A DNA stretch of 64,000 nucleotides, from NCBI GenBank assembly GCA_030017835.1, contig JASEGU010000005.1, positions 5,593 to 69,592 of the forward strand. The letters run 5' to 3'. The notes under the pieces were generated by a model. It saw nothing but the letters and a program-made list of their open reading frames with translations, had not been told where the DNA came from and did not search any database. This stretch comes from Actinomycetota bacterium. GTDB lineage: Bacteria; Actinomycetota; Aquicultoria; UBA3085; Oleimmundimicrobiaceae. Positions within the stretch are counted from its first letter, which is position 1; each line of letters opens with the position of its first letter. The translations under genes were made by a program, and so were the position numbers. Below are positions 33,689-43,994 of this stretch, in pieces.

Positions 33689-36409
33689 CTAATCCACCTC
33701 ATCGGATTTGACGTAGATGCGGGCGTCCACGACCGCGCAGCCTCTCCCCTTATCGAAGACCATGACCGGATTCATCTCGGCCTGATCTATCTCGGGAAAA
33801 TCTGAGATCATGACCGAAAAACGAAGAATGATGTCGCAAAAGGAAATGATATCCCTCTCCTTCGAGCCGCGCCAGCCGGTAAGGAGCCGGCTCCCTTTAA
33901 GCTGAGCGAGCATCTTCTTCGGATCTATATCGGTCAAGGGATGGATGGCAAAGGCCACATCCTTTATGAGTTCGACGTAGGTTCCGCCAAGACCCAGCAT
34001 TATGAGAGGCCCAAAGGTTGGATCAAGCGACATCCCAACTATCACCTCTTGACCATCGGCCAGCATGGGCTGGATTATCACTCCCATCATCTCATCCAGT
34101 TGACCCAGAGACTTCATCTTTTCTCTTATCTTCTTGAAGGCCTCTTTGACCTCCTTTTCGTTCTTCAGGTTCAAGACTATCCCGCCGACATCGGTCTTAT
34201 GGGTTATGGTATCGGAACGGATCTTCATGACGACCGGAAAACCGATCTCTTTGGCTAAGGTGGCGGCCTCCTCCTCGGAGGCCGCCACACCAGTTTTGGC
34301 TATAGGTATGCCATAGGCCTCAAGTAACTCTGCGGCGACTTCTGGCATGAGCCAATTGCCTTCCTTGGAGGAGACAGCCATCTTCTCCAAAAAGCGGGCT
34401 CTTATCCCTTCCGCGTTGATATCATCGAATTTGACGACCTTGCCCTCTTCGGCCTCCTTATACTTGGCATATTGATATGCTCTGGCCAGGGCCCCGACCG
34501 CATTTTCCGGAAAGATGAAGGAGGGTACGTAGCGCGCTTCATCGATCTTGAGATCGACTGAAGGGGAACGGGACATCATGAAGCAGGCGATGACAGGTTT
34601 TTCCCCTTTATACCCCTCCATAGCCGCCTTTACTTCGGCCGCCACCTCTTCGGGGTGGGTCACAAGCGGGGGTATATAGATCATGATGACGGAATCTATC
34701 CCCTTGTCTTCAAGGATGACCTTTAAGGCCTTCCTGTATGAAGCGGGCTCGGCCGAGGCGATCATGTCGACCGGATTGGTTACGGCCGCCTCCTTGGGCA
34801 AGAACTCCCTGAGTTTCTTTTGTGTCTCTTGGCTCAAGGGCGGGGCCACCAGACCCCAGCCCTCACAGGCGTCGGCGGCCAAAACCCCCGGCCCGCCCGC
34901 GTTGGTCAAGACGGCCACCCGCGGCCCCTTGGGAAGCGGTTGATTTACCAGAACTTCGGCCACGTTAAACATGTTTTCGATGGTGCTCACCCTGATGACG
35001 CCCGACTTTTTGAACATGGCCTCGACAGCTACTTCAGAGGCGGCCAGCGCCCCGGTATGTGAGGAGGCGGCCCTAGCCCCCACGGCCGAGCGGCCAGATT
35101 TAACCGCGATGATCGGTTTTTTGCGCGAGACGCGCCTTGCGATCTGGCTAAACCTTCTGGAATTACCGAATGACTCCAGATAGAGCAGGATGACATCGGT
35201 CTCCTCGTCATCCTCGAAGAACTCGATCAGATCATTGCTGGATATGTCGAGGCGGTTTCCGATGCTGACAAACTTTGAGATGCCAAGGTTCATGTCCTTG
35301 GAATAATCGAGAAGAGCAAGGCCGAGCGCCCCACTCTGAGAGCCGATACTAAGACGTCCTTTGGGCGGTCTTATCGGTGAAAAGGTGGCGTTTATCTGGA
35401 CATCGGCATCACCGTTAAAGATGCCCAAACAGTTCGGCCCAATGACCCGCATGCCGTAGGAGAGGACCTTCTCTTTGAGGAGGCGCTCCCTCTCTTTGCC
35501 CTCACCATCCGACTCGCCGAAGCCGGCCGAGATTATGACCAGTCCCGCCACGCCCTTTTTGCCGCATTCATCTACCACATCGATGACGCGTTTGGCCGGA
35601 ACGACTATCACAGCAAGATCGATGTTGCTGGGGATCTCGGTGACAGAGGGATATGATAAGACGCCGGCAACTGATGAGGCGTTGGGGTTGACCGGAAAGA
35701 CCGGGCCGTTAAAAGGATACTCCAAGAGGTTGCGAAAGACGGCTCCCCCGACGCTTTCCGGATCGCGCGAAGCTCCGATGACGGCCACGCTCCTTGGATA
35801 GAGGAGCCTTTTAACCCCGGCCGACCTTGCCATGTGCTCCCTAATTAGCTGTCTCTTTTCGAACTCCTCCTGCTCTTCTAAGTCTATCTCTATTACGTAG
35901 ACGCCTTCATGGAAGTTCTTGTCAAGCTTAAACCCGCTCTCGTCGAATATCTTGAGCATCCTGGTATTTTCGGGCAGAACATTTGCGACGAACTTCTTGA
36001 TTTTGAATTTATTTGCGGCCCCTGCCAACTGCTCGATGAGGGCGGTTCCGACCCCGCGGACCTGGAGCCTATCTTCGACCACGAAGGAAATCTCGGCCGT
36101 TTTGCCATCGCCTATTATGTCCCACCTGCCGACTCCAACTATCCGTTCGGCCTCACCTTCGCCGATGGTGGCCACGAAAGCCACCCTCTTTGGGGGATTG
36201 ACCTCGGTAAAATAGGCGAGCTCCTCGGCGGTTATCTTTTCTTTGGCGTAATGAAAGCGGAAATATCTGGTCTGAGGACTCAAACGATAGAAGAATTCTT
36301 CCAGCTTTCTTTTGTCTTCCGGTGCAATTGCTCTGATGCGGAGGCTCTTGCCGTCCTGAAGTATGACCTCAAAGCCCATGTTCTCTTTGGGGGTTGCATA
36401 GACCGCCAT
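33689..36409 (-). CDS. GNAT acetyltransferase fused to an NDP-forming acyl-CoA synthetase-like region (Pat-type protein acetyltransferase, GNAT-first order)
   Basis: N-terminal GNAT (VEDRLQVRGVGTALIE), then CoA-binding and ligase-CoA domains (SVAVIGAS..., GPNCLGI) and a C-terminal ATP-grasp. I chose the start at the ATG behind the GGGAGAGGGAG SD. Confidence 0.8.
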   Translation of the reverse strand: MAVYATPKENMGFEVILQDGKSLRIRAIAPEDKRKLEEFFYRLSPQTRYFRFHYAKEKITAEELAYFTEVNPPKRVAFVATIGEGEAERIVGVGRWDIIGDGKTAEISFVVEDRLQVRGVGTALIEQLAGAANKFKIKKFVANVLPENTRMLKIFDESGFKLDKNFHEGVYVIEIDLEEQEEFEKRQLIREHMARSAGVKRLLYPRSVAVIGASRDPESVGGAVFRNLLEYPFNGPVFPVNPNASSVAGVLSYPSVTEIPSNIDLAVIVVPAKRVIDVVDECGKKGVAGLVIISAGFGESDGEGKERERLLKEKVLSYGMRVIGPNCLGIFNGDADVQINATFSPIRPPKGRLSIGSQSGALGLALLDYSKDMNLGISKFVSIGNRLDISSNDLIEFFEDDEETDVILLYLESFGNSRRFSQIARRVSRKKPIIAVKSGRSAVGARAASSHTGALAASEVAVEAMFKKSGVIRVSTIENMFNVAEVLVNQPLPKGPRVAVLTNAGGPGVLAADACEGWGLVAPPLSQETQKKLREFLPKEAAVTNPVDMIASAEPASYRKALKVILEDKGIDSVIMIYIPPLVTHPEEVAAEVKAAMEGYKGEKPVIACFMMSRSPSVDLKIDEARYVPSFIFPENAVGALARAYQYAKYKEAEEGKVVKFDDINAEGIRARFLEKMAVSSKEGNWLMPEVAAELLEAYGIPIAKTGVAASEEEAATLAKEIGFPVVMKIRSDTITHKTDVGGIVLNLKNEKEVKEAFKKIREKMKSLGQLDEMMGVIIQPMLADGQEVIVGMSLDPTFGPLIMLGLGGTYVELIKDVAFAIHPLTDIDPKKMLAQLKGSRLLTGWRGSKERDIISFCDIILRFSVMISDFPEIDQAEMNPVMVFDKGRGCAVVDARIYVKSDEVD

Positions 36410-36528
36410 ATCGTCTCCCTCTCCCTTTGTCTGCCTATCGCCTCGATAATTAATGGCCCAAACGGGCATCTATCTTTATATCGGCAAATATGAAAGAAAT
36501 GTGACTTACAAAAAGATTTGGGCTCTTT

Positions 36529-36927
36529 TTAAGGATTCTTGGAAGCCTGCTTCTGATATTCGAAAAAGGAGTAGGGGATTGAGTAGATGGAGACAAGGGT
36601 GACCGGGATGATGACTATGAAGAAGGCAAAATCTTTGAAGAGAACGCCAAAAGCCGAGATCAGGCCGGCCACCTTGGATAGCCTTCCTCCAAGCTTATGC
36701 GTCTTTTCCCAGACCTCGTCGCTACTCAGAGTCCAAGGGGTTCTTATGCCGATAAACCAATTCGGTTTGGCGTGCTCGATCAGAACGCTTGAGTAAAATA
36801 TCAGAAGACCGATGGCGACGGGCATCAAGATATTTATGTCAATTTCGATCCCGATGTTCCAGAGGAGCGAGTAGGCATAGACCAAGAAGAGGAAGGCAAA
36901 GATCAGGGTGATGAACCAATCCGTCAA
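36529..36927 (-). CDS. SdpI/YhfL-family membrane protein
   Basis: Four TM helices with an IGIRTPWTLSSDEVWEKTH motif. Confidence 0.65.
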   Translation of the reverse strand: MTDWFITLIFAFLFLVYAYSLLWNIGIEIDINILMPVAIGLLIFYSSVLIEHAKPNWFIGIRTPWTLSSDEVWEKTHKLGGRLSKVAGLISAFGVLFKDFAFFIVIIPVTLVSIYSIPYSFFEYQKQASKNP

Positions 36928-36969
36928 ACGGGATTGACCTTGAAGTCGAACTTCTTTTTAATGGTCTAT

Positions 36970-37626
36970 ATGTATCTGATGGTCTGCCCGACCCACTTGG
37001 AATCGAAGACGATAACTGGATCCCTTTACGGCGGGAGCTCAAGGTCGAGCTTTATGATCTCAGGCTTTGGTATGGTCGAAAGCGCAATCTCTTTGACAAG
37101 AAGGCTCGAAACCGACAATTTCGATGGTGTCATCCTCTTTGGCACTGCCGGAGCCTACCAGGGTGGTGGAGCAAATCTTTTGGACATCTGCCTTGCGATC
37201 AGGGAATCATTCGGGGATTTAGGGCTGGCCAAGGGCAATGAGATACTCCCTTTTGACCTGGCAGAATTGAACAAAAAGATCACTTTTAGCCTGCAAAATG
37301 ATCTCTTGCACAAGGTTGAGAGGAGCATGAAAAGACTTGATATCCCCTATGAGAGAGGAAATTTCGTCACCGTAAATTCGTCTAGCGGCTCCAAAGAGAG
37401 AGGGGCGAGCCTTGCTAAAAGATTTGACGCCATCTGTGAAAACATGGAAGGTGCGGCCCTGGCCAGGGTCTGTCAGATTTATCACACCCCCTTAGTCGAG
37501 ATCAGGTGCGTAAGCAACATGGTCGGGGTGAGAGATAGAGCGGCCTGGAAGCTCGAAGAGGCGGCGGCCAAGATCTCATCCATCGTGGATAACCTAGCCC
37601 TGGAGGCCCTCCTTGAAACGGATTAG
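36970..37626 (+). CDS. mqnB: Futalosine hydrolase (MqnB; nucleosidase fold)
   Basis: Motifs FGTAGAY and ENMEGAALARVC...VEIRCVSNMVG. The start is uncertain (ATGs at 36961, 36970 and 36979). TTGACC-17nt-TTTAAT lies just upstream. Confidence 0.75.
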   Translation: MYLMVCPTHLESKTITGSLYGGSSRSSFMISGFGMVESAISLTRRLETDNFDGVILFGTAGAYQGGGANLLDICLAIRESFGDLGLAKGNEILPFDLAELNKKITFSLQNDLLHKVERSMKRLDIPYERGNFVTVNSSSGSKERGASLAKRFDAICENMEGAALARVCQIYHTPLVEIRCVSNMVGVRDRAAWKLEEAAAKISSIVDNLALEALLETD

Positions 37627-38446
37627 CCTGGGCTTCTCCCCCTGTCCCAACGATACCTTCATCTTCTACGCCTTGGTAAACGGCCTTCTTAAGCAAAATG
37701 GTCCCTCCTTCGACCCACATATCGAAGATGTTCAGAAGCTGAACGAGATGGCCTTTGAGGGGGAGCTTGATGTCAGTAAGCTCTCGTTTGCCGCCTTCGG
37801 CCATCTGCTCGATGATTATGTCCTCTTAAACAGCGGGGCGGCCATCGGTCGAGACTCCGGCCCCCTGATTATCGCCAAAAAGCCCCTGAAAAAGAGAGAT
37901 CTCCCAAGCAAGAGGATGGCCGCCCCGGGAGAATTTACGACTGCAAGTCTCCTCCTAAAGCTCTATTGCCCGACTTTGGGTAGGCCGATTCAGATGCGTT
38001 TTGATGAGATAATTCCATCCATCCTGAGTGGACGGGTCGATGCGGGGGTAATAATCCATGAGAGCAGGTTCATCTTTGCCGAAAAGGGCCTCTTCCAAGT
38101 GGCCGATTTGGGTGAGTGGTGGCAGGATGAGACCGGCCTACCCCTGCCCTTGGGCGCAATCTTTGCCAAAAAGAGCCTTGGGCGGGAGATGATTAAGACG
38201 ATCGAACGCCTAATCAAAATGAGTTTGGAGTTTGCCCTAGCCGATCCGGATGGACCGATGGATTACGTTCGGAGGTATGCCAGCGAATTGAATGATGACG
38301 TCATAAAGAGCCACATCACTCTCTACGTGAACGATTTTTCTCTAAGCCTCAAAGGCGAAGGCGTAAGGGCCGTGAGCCGTCTGCTCGAAATGGGGTCGAA
38401 AGCTGGCCTCTTCCCTCGTTGCAGTGGCGACTTTATGTTGGACTGA
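37613..38446 (+). CDS. mqnD: Menaquinone (futalosine pathway) VitK2-biosynthesis family protein, most like 1,4-dihydroxy-6-naphthoate synthase MqnD
   Basis: N-terminal LGFSPCPNDTFIFYALVNG motif. Overlaps mqnB by 14 nt. The MqnA versus MqnD assignment is made from memory of this motif only. Confidence 0.7.
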   Translation: MKRISLGFSPCPNDTFIFYALVNGLLKQNGPSFDPHIEDVQKLNEMAFEGELDVSKLSFAAFGHLLDDYVLLNSGAAIGRDSGPLIIAKKPLKKRDLPSKRMAAPGEFTTASLLLKLYCPTLGRPIQMRFDEIIPSILSGRVDAGVIIHESRFIFAEKGLFQVADLGEWWQDETGLPLPLGAIFAKKSLGREMIKTIERLIKMSLEFALADPDGPMDYVRRYASELNDDVIKSHITLYVNDFSLSLKGEGVRAVSRLLEMGSKAGLFPRCSGDFMLD

Positions 38447-38460
38447 ATCGTTTTACTATC

Positions 38461-39072
38461 CTAGCCGAAATAGGCCGAGTATAGCCAGTATTTCCTGTCG
38501 CTGCTGACATAATCTAGATAATTCCGGCTATACTCCTTGCCATCCCAGGGATCATGGTAGATGACCGCCCCTTTTGCCCTATCGTAGCCGACAATGAGTT
38601 CGGCGTGAGAGAAATTGAGACCCTTGTGGCAGGCGACAACGATTATGGGAAACCCCGAATCTATCTGGTATTCTACCGCCTTGAAGCTCAAGGGTTCCCG
38701 CTTGATCTTGGCCCGATGGGCGGCCAATCGGTCGATCCCCTCGACGATATCCTCAATGAAGAGGGGCCGGTCGAAATCATCCTTTCCAAAGAGCCCTTTA
38801 GCTATCTCGGTATCCCTATCGATCTCGTCGCCCAAAAGATAGGCCGATGTCATCGAGGCGACGGTCGCACCGCAAAGATGACTGTAGGGAGCTTGGCAGA
38901 ATTTGGGGACGCTCAAAACCTTTCTTCTTCCCGCTGTGGGCTGGTTAAAAAAGAGCGGGATCATGAAGGGGAGGATCAGGGCCAGCGCGATCACGGCAAG
39001 GAGAACGCCTCTCTCTTTGCGTCCGGAGCCCAAGTTGAGTGAATCAAAGGCCCTTTTTAAACTTTTTAACAT
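38461..39072 (-). CDS. Membrane-anchored papain-like cysteine peptidase (C39-like domain)
   Basis: N-terminal TM helix. Putative catalytic residues are Gln/Cys (CQAPYSHLCGATVASM), His (SHAELIVGYD) and Asp (HDPWDG). Overlaps the 3' end of the upstream gene by about 29 nt. Confidence 0.6.
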   Translation of the reverse strand: MLKSLKRAFDSLNLGSGRKERGVLLAVIALALILPFMIPLFFNQPTAGRRKVLSVPKFCQAPYSHLCGATVASMTSAYLLGDEIDRDTEIAKGLFGKDDFDRPLFIEDIVEGIDRLAAHRAKIKREPLSFKAVEYQIDSGFPIIVVACHKGLNFSHAELIVGYDRAKGAVIYHDPWDGKEYSRNYLDYVSSDRKYWLYSAYFG

Positions 39073-40903
39073 ACTCTTCAACCTCGATCATCGGAGGCCT
39101 CATTATGTCTGCTATCTCTTTGACCTCGAGAAAGAAATTCTTGGGATCTTGATGTATCAACTTCATCGACTTATTGGTCTCTTGAAGGAGATGGACCCTC
39201 TTCTCCCGTTCAAGATGATCGATAACCACCCCGATTATGCCAAAGGACATCTTGCTCAAAGCGGCAAGGTTTTGGTTGCGGTGGATCCTTTTTATCAGGT
39301 CGACTTGACCGAAAGCCTGCAAGCCGAACTTCTCTAAGATGTTTATCAGAAGACCTATCTCGACCCCGTAGCCGGAGTAGAAGCCGACCTGCTCCAAGAC
39401 CCCCCGGCGGCCAGCGTATTCGCCGGACAGGGGCTGAACCATCCCGGAGAGCTCGGGAAAGAATAGATTGATTATGGGCCGGGCGACGAGCTCGGTCACC
39501 CGGCCGCCGCCGGCTTCCTTATATTTACCCCCCTCTTTGATGGGACGGTGATAAAATCCTTTGACGTACTTGATTTTGTTATATTTTAGAAGCGGGCCGA
39601 CCAGACCGTAGACGAAACCGGGATTCATGTTCTTTATGTCGCTATCGACCCAGACGATTATGTCGCCATTTAGAGCATAGAGGCTCTTCCAGAGCGACTC
39701 ACCCTTGCCGGGAAAGCTTCCGTGAGAGGCAAGGACCTCATCATCGGTGATTATCTTCACCCCAAGCTCTTTGGCGATCTCTCTGGTCCCGTCGATAGAT
39801 TTGCTGTCCAAGATGGCTATCTCGTCGAGAAGAGGATACTTCTCGACGAGCTCACCCTTTAGAATTGAGAGAATATTTCCGATCGTCTCGGCCTCGTTCA
39901 AAGTGGGAAGACCGAGGCTGATGGTCAACTTCTGCTTGACTTTAAGCTCGAGAAGTTCATCTATGTCGTCGAATTCACTCACATGAAAGGTGTTTTCAGC
40001 AAACCATCTATCCACGATGGTGGAGATGTCCGGCTTGACCTTAGCCCCCTCTTTTGACTCCTTTTCCGATTCGAAGATTTTGGTTCTAGAGGAAGAGGAG
40101 GATCTGGCAATTATCAGGGTATTCTCCAGCTTTCTTGCGATATTTTCCGAAATGGGACCGATTAGGGCTCCCTTTTCGGCCTCGGCAGTGGCCCCCATGA
40201 TCACCACATCATACCCGGAAGCAAACTCAAGGGTTGTTTTAGTCACGTCTTCGGAGGCAATTGATATGATCTCCACATCCCTGGCTAGGGCCGAATCCTT
40301 CTTAAGATAGGTCTCTAGATCTCTTTTGTCCTTTTCGGCCTGGCCAAAGGCCAGGCTTGCCACGTGAAGCAGAGAAATCTTTGACCCATGCTCTTTGGCG
40401 ATAGAGTTAGCTATGTTCAGCACAAGTTTGGCGTGAATCCCGCCCCTGATGAGGAGAAGTATGCTATCCATCCGGTCGGTCTTGCCCGGCTTGACGAGAA
40501 GAATGTCACCCAAGTAGCCATCGGCAACCTCATCGATCAAGGAGAGGTTCCTGTCTTGCGCTTTCGGCCTTCTCCCGTTCCACTCCAGAAATATTAAGTT
40601 GCAATCCTCTCTTCTGGCCGTCTCGATTATCTCCGGACCGGCCACGCGAGCCACTCCGACCAGGGTCTTCATTTCAACCGTCTCGCTTCTGCCCATTTCG
40701 AAAAAGTTCTTTATCGCAAACCGGAATCTGCGAGCGGGGATGGCTCCATAACTTAGGGAGAGGTCTTCGGGCACTTCCACAAGACCTAAGGCTATCAATT
40801 TGCTGGACGGACCCCCTATCATCTGGGAGGCTATCTTTATCAAGATCCCGCTCGGACTAGATTTGGTGAAGGGAAGAAGGATCCTATTTGCTTTTCTAGT
40901 CAA
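39044..40903 (-). CDS. gpgS: Tandem USP-like domains fused to glucosyl-3-phosphoglycerate synthase (GT81, GpgS)
   Basis: The C-terminal half carries LPTLNEAETIG, VWVDSDI and GGGRVTELVARPIINLFFPELSGMVQPLSGEYAGRR, which is a GpgS signature. The N-terminal ~280 aa is two USP-like alpha/beta units. TTG start behind an AAGGAGGT SD. Confidence 0.8.
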   Translation of the reverse strand: MTRKANRILLPFTKSSPSGILIKIASQMIGGPSSKLIALGLVEVPEDLSLSYGAIPARRFRFAIKNFFEMGRSETVEMKTLVGVARVAGPEIIETARREDCNLIFLEWNGRRPKAQDRNLSLIDEVADGYLGDILLVKPGKTDRMDSILLLIRGGIHAKLVLNIANSIAKEHGSKISLLHVASLAFGQAEKDKRDLETYLKKDSALARDVEIISIASEDVTKTTLEFASGYDVVIMGATAEAEKGALIGPISENIARKLENTLIIARSSSSSRTKIFESEKESKEGAKVKPDISTIVDRWFAENTFHVSEFDDIDELLELKVKQKLTISLGLPTLNEAETIGNILSILKGELVEKYPLLDEIAILDSKSIDGTREIAKELGVKIITDDEVLASHGSFPGKGESLWKSLYALNGDIIVWVDSDIKNMNPGFVYGLVGPLLKYNKIKYVKGFYHRPIKEGGKYKEAGGGRVTELVARPIINLFFPELSGMVQPLSGEYAGRRGVLEQVGFYSGYGVEIGLLINILEKFGLQAFGQVDLIKRIHRNQNLAALSKMSFGIIGVVIDHLEREKRVHLLQETNKSMKLIHQDPKNFFLEVKEIADIMRPPMIEVEEYVKKFKKGL

Positions 40904-40947
40904 ATGACTACCTCCTTGGGCGAAGAGTACGCTCCGGGCAGAATGGG

Positions 40948-41976
40948 TTAGAATAGGGACTCGTTGCTGGCTGAATATCCGATTCCCAGGTGGTCATAGG
41001 CTTTCTCGGTGGCTACCCGGCCACGCGGCGTACGCATCAAAAAACCCAGTTGCAGAAGATAGGGCTCGTAGACATCCTCGATCGTACCAGGCTCTTCGCC
41101 CAGAGCGGTTGCCAGAGTCGTCAGACCGACGGGCCTTCCCTTGAACTTCTCGATCAGAACCAGAAGCAGCTTCTGGTCCAGCTTGTCCAGCCCCTCCTTG
41201 TCCACCTCGAAGAAGGAGAGAGCTTCGGTGGCGACCACCTGGTCTATGGTGCCGTCGCATTTGACTTGAGCGTAATCACGAACCCTCTTTAGGAGCCTAT
41301 TTGCTATCCTGGGCGTTCCGCGCGAACGTTTGGCGATCTCTTCGGCCCCACCGTCATCTATCCCTATGCAGAGTATGGAAGCGGAGCGGATGATTATCTC
41401 CTTCAGTTCGGAGGCCGCATAGTGATCAAGCCTGGCTTGGACGCCGAAGCGGTCGCGTAGTGGTGAGGTTATAAGGCCGGTTCTTGTCGTCGCTCCGACC
41501 AGAGTGAAATGTGGGATATCGAGGCGCAGTGATCTTGCGCTCGGCCCCTTTCCGATGATTATATCGAGCTCGAAGTCCTCCATGGCTGGGTAGAGAATCT
41601 CCTCGACCGACCTGTTTAAGCGATGTATCTCATCGATGAAGAGGGCGTCGAAGGGCTCAAGATTGGTCAAAATGGCCGCCAGATCTCCCGCCCGCTCCAA
41701 GGCCGGGCCCGAGGTTATCTTGATGTTTGTGCCCATCTCATTTGCGATAATGGTGGCCAGGGTCGTCTTGCCGAGTCCCGGCGGGCCCGATAGAAGGACG
41801 TGATCTAGAGCCTCTTTTCTATTTCTGGCAGCCTCAATATAGATGCTAAGCTGTTTTTTTGCGCTCTCCTGGCCGATGAATTCGCTAAGAAGCTTAGGGC
41901 GCAGGCTTCTGTCATACTCTATCTCTTCTTCGGTCAGGTGACCGCCCAGCATCCTATCTTCCAAACCGTTCTCCAA
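40948..41976 (-). CDS. ruvB: Holliday junction branch migration ATPase RuvB
   Basis: Motifs [19 protein letters not shown] and [11 protein letters not shown]. Confidence 0.97.
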   Translation of the reverse strand: MENGLEDRMLGGHLTEEEIEYDRSLRPKLLSEFIGQESAKKQLSIYIEAARNRKEALDHVLLSGPPGLGKTTLATIIANEMGTNIKITSGPALERAGDLAAILTNLEPFDALFIDEIHRLNRSVEEILYPAMEDFELDIIIGKGPSARSLRLDIPHFTLVGATTRTGLITSPLRDRFGVQARLDHYAASELKEIIIRSASILCIGIDDGGAEEIAKRSRGTPRIANRLLKRVRDYAQVKCDGTIDQVVATEALSFFEVDKEGLDKLDQKLLLVLIEKFKGRPVGLTTLATALGEEPGTIEDVYEPYLLQLGFLMRTPRGRVATEKAYDHLGIGYSASNESLF

Positions 41977-42008
41977 TCCGGCTCAATGGATCTTTTAAGC
42001 CTCGGCGG

Positions 42009-42596
42009 CTAGCTCTTGGCAAGCCTCTTTAGCGCCGCCTTTATCATATCCTCGACCGAAGCATCCTTGCGCACTTCGTTCTTGAGCGCAATGGATGCTT
42101 CGGTCTGAGAGTAGCCCAGATTAACCAATGCCTCTTTTGCCTTCAGGTAATCGGAGTCTTCGTAAATCCCGCTCTCTCCAATGAAAGATGCGGGCACCTC
42201 TACCCTCTCCTTCATCTCCAAAATCAGCCGCTCGGCCACCTTCTTGCCGATGCCTGGAATGCTGACGATGAGGTCAATATCGCCTAAAATTATGGCCCCT
42301 GTAAGATCAGCCAGAGAGAGGCTGCTCAATATGGATAGGGCAAGTTTTGGCCCAACCTTTGACACCGAGATGAGTTTCATAAACATCTCTTTTTCAACCC
42401 GGCTCGAAAAGCCAAAGAGCTGCATGATGTCTTCTCTGATGTGAAGGTGGACAAATAGGGAGGCTTGGGCGCCGACATCTTTTAGGTCCCCATGGGTGGC
42501 CCCCGATATGAAGAGCTCATAGCCGACCCCGCCGGTCAATAAGACGACCCTGTCCAAGGACTTCTCTTTTATGATCCCTTCCAGATAGGAGATCAT
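42009..42596 (-). CDS. ruvA: Holliday junction DNA helicase subunit RuvA
   Basis: N-terminus MISYLEGII...GGVGYEL, with HhH motifs IPGIGKKVAERL. I chose the start at the internal Met. Confidence 0.93.
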   Translation of the reverse strand: MISYLEGIIKEKSLDRVVLLTGGVGYELFISGATHGDLKDVGAQASLFVHLHIREDIMQLFGFSSRVEKEMFMKLISVSKVGPKLALSILSSLSLADLTGAIILGDIDLIVSIPGIGKKVAERLILEMKERVEVPASFIGESGIYEDSDYLKAKEALVNLGYSQTEASIALKNEVRKDASVEDMIKAALKRLAKS

Positions 42597-42640
42597 CTTC
42601 CTCCCGATCTTAATCTCCACCCATGTGGGGGTTTTAAGGA

Positions 42641-43126
42641 TTACTTAAGCGATTTCATCTTCCTTGAGTGAAAATGGCATATTGCGACCGCCAGGGCATC
42701 CGAAGCGTCATCGGGCCTTGGCGTAACGCTTAAGTTTAGTATGGTCTTGACCATCTCTTGGACCTGTCTCTTCTCAGCCCGGCCATAACCGACAACCGAT
42801 TGCTTGACCTCAAGCGGAGTATAGTCGGCGATGACAAGATTCGATCTTGCCATGGCCAAAAGAACAACCCCTCTCGCCTGGCCGACCGAAAAGGCGGTCT
42901 TTGCGTTGGAATTGAAGAAGAGGCGCTCGATGGCCACCTCTTCTGGAGCATACCTCTCTATCAGCTCCTCGGTCTGAAGAAAGATTTCACTTAGGCGCAG
43001 AGCCAGACTTAAGTCCGCCTCGGTCCTGATGCACCCGAAGTCTATCGGACTTATCTTGTTGCCTATGCAATCGATCACGCCATAACCGGTTGTGGCAAGA
43101 CCGGGGTCTATCCCTAAGATTATCAA
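42641..43126 (-). CDS. ruvC: Crossover junction endodeoxyribonuclease RuvC
   Basis: Motifs ILGIDPGLATTGYGVI and DASDALAVAICH. Confidence 0.95.
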   Translation of the reverse strand: MIILGIDPGLATTGYGVIDCIGNKISPIDFGCIRTEADLSLALRLSEIFLQTEELIERYAPEEVAIERLFFNSNAKTAFSVGQARGVVLLAMARSNLVIADYTPLEVKQSVVGYGRAEKRQVQEMVKTILNLSVTPRPDDASDALAVAICHFHSRKMKSLK

Positions 43127-43166
43127 AAGGTTAACCTCTTAAGAGATTGTTGAACCTGTGCGAATA

Positions 43167-43916
43167 TCAGGAGAGCTCCTCCATGATCTCGTCTAAGATA
43201 TCGAAATTAGAATAGACTTCCTGAATGTCGTCGTGATCCTCCAAGGCGTCCATGAACCTTAGGACCTTCTTGGCGTCGTCCTTGGACAGCTCTACCGTCT
43301 CTTTGGCCAGCCAGCTGATGCCAGCCGAATTATTTGCGATACCGGCCGCCTCTAGCGCCTCGAGAACGCTTTTGAGATCGGCTGGATCAGAAATTATCTC
43401 AAAACGGTCGCCTTCATCGACAATATCCTCGGCCCCCGCCTCTAAAACGATGGCAAGTATGGAGTCCTCCGTCAACGAGCCGTCCTTATCGACCGAGACC
43501 ACCCCTTTGCGATCAAACATCCAGGCCACGCAGCCGGTGGTGCCCAGATTGCCATTGTGCTTGGAGAATATGTTTCTAACGTCGGCGGCCGTCCGGTTAC
43601 GGTTATCGGTCATGGCGTAAGCCATGACCGCGACCCCGGCCGGGCCATATCCCTCATAGACGATGGTTTCATAGGACTCGCCGCTCAGTTCGCCGGTCCC
43701 CTTCTTGATGGCCTTATCGATATTTACAGCTGGCATATTGTATTCCTTGGCCTTGGCCACGGCCAAGGCCAAGGGGGAGTTGCCCTCGACCTTGCCACCG
43801 CCCTCTTTGACAGCAACCGTTATGGCCCTTGAGAGCTTGCTGAATATCTTGCCCTTTTTTACGTCGGCCGCAGCCTTCTTATGCTTGATCGAACTCCACT
43901 TGGAATGTCCCGACAT
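43167..43916 (-). CDS. yebC: YebC/PmpR family DNA-binding transcriptional regulator
   Basis: N-terminus MSGHSKWSSIKHKKA. 249 aa. Confidence 0.93.
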   Translation of the reverse strand: MSGHSKWSSIKHKKAAADVKKGKIFSKLSRAITVAVKEGGGKVEGNSPLALAVAKAKEYNMPAVNIDKAIKKGTGELSGESYETIVYEGYGPAGVAVMAYAMTDNRNRTAADVRNIFSKHNGNLGTTGCVAWMFDRKGVVSVDKDGSLTEDSILAIVLEAGAEDIVDEGDRFEIISDPADLKSVLEALEAAGIANNSAGISWLAKETVELSKDDAKKVLRFMDALEDHDDIQEVYSNFDILDEIMEELS

Positions 43917-43994
43917 CTAACAGATTGCCCCTTTTGTTAACCTTTAGGATATCTTAACAAATCTTTAAATGTTTGGCTAAAGCTTAAAAACGAT

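Noticed and set aside
35909-36493. A 194-aa plus-strand ORF, and other long antisense ORFs (e.g. 53830-54537, 62685-63284, 24344-24829, 38554-39042, 31472-31930).
   Set aside because: Each lies entirely antisense to a well-supported conserved gene. They have low-complexity or Arg/Ser/Pro-rich translations and no RBS or recognisable motifs. These are typical shadow ORFs.
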